This document shows positions 63,922-64,000 of a DNA stretch of 64,000 nucleotides, one piece after another. The notes under the pieces are model-generated. The model was not told the origin of the DNA. It did not search any database and saw nothing but the letters and a program-made list of their open reading frames with translations. Each line of letters begins with the position of its first letter. Within the stretch, counting starts at the first letter, position 1. The stretch is from Squalus acanthias (Eukaryota). Location of the stretch: the NCBI GenBank assembly GCA_030390025.1, contig CM059431.1:152088001-152152000 (forward strand). Direction: 5' to 3'. The position numbers were made by a program, and so were the translations under genes.

Positions 63922-63994
63922 CACACATAGCTCAGTCGGAAAATTATGAGACTTTTCATCTGATGGATCCAGGTTTCAAGTCCTTGTACAGGTG
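63922..63994 (+). pseudogene. Degenerate tRNA-Lys(TTT) remnant
   Basis: ATAGCTCAGTCGG..AGACTTTTCATCTGATGGATCCAGGTTTCAAGTCCTTGTACAGGTG, followed by CTGCTT as at 16796. Confidence 0.6.
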
Positions 63995-64000
63995 CTGCTT

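Overview
Repeat-rich vertebrate genomic DNA, most likely from a cartilaginous fish (inferred from an HE1/V-SINE, Deu-domain SINEs, abundant CR1/L2 LINEs and two-exon GPR139-like receptor genes). From left to right it contains: (1) a frameshifted Penelope-like retroelement with a minimal hammerhead ribozyme motif in its 3' region; (2) three pseudogenised two-exon GPR139-like GPCR paralogues (+, -, +), each next to the same 26-bp minisatellite; (3) several decayed tRNA genes (Lys-TTT x3, intron-containing Leu-CAA, and a Thr-CGT split by an insertion); (4) a two-exon GCNT/GT14 glycosyltransferase pseudogene whose 7.2-kb intron holds a complete Harbinger DNA transposon, with a broken transposase but an apparently intact three-exon Myb/SANT gene; (5) a ~12.4-kb tandem duplication across a 500-N scaffold gap. 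The Harbinger Myb/SANT gene is the only intact-looking CDS found. All assignments were made by eye, with no searches or alignments run, so boundaries of decayed repeats are approximate.
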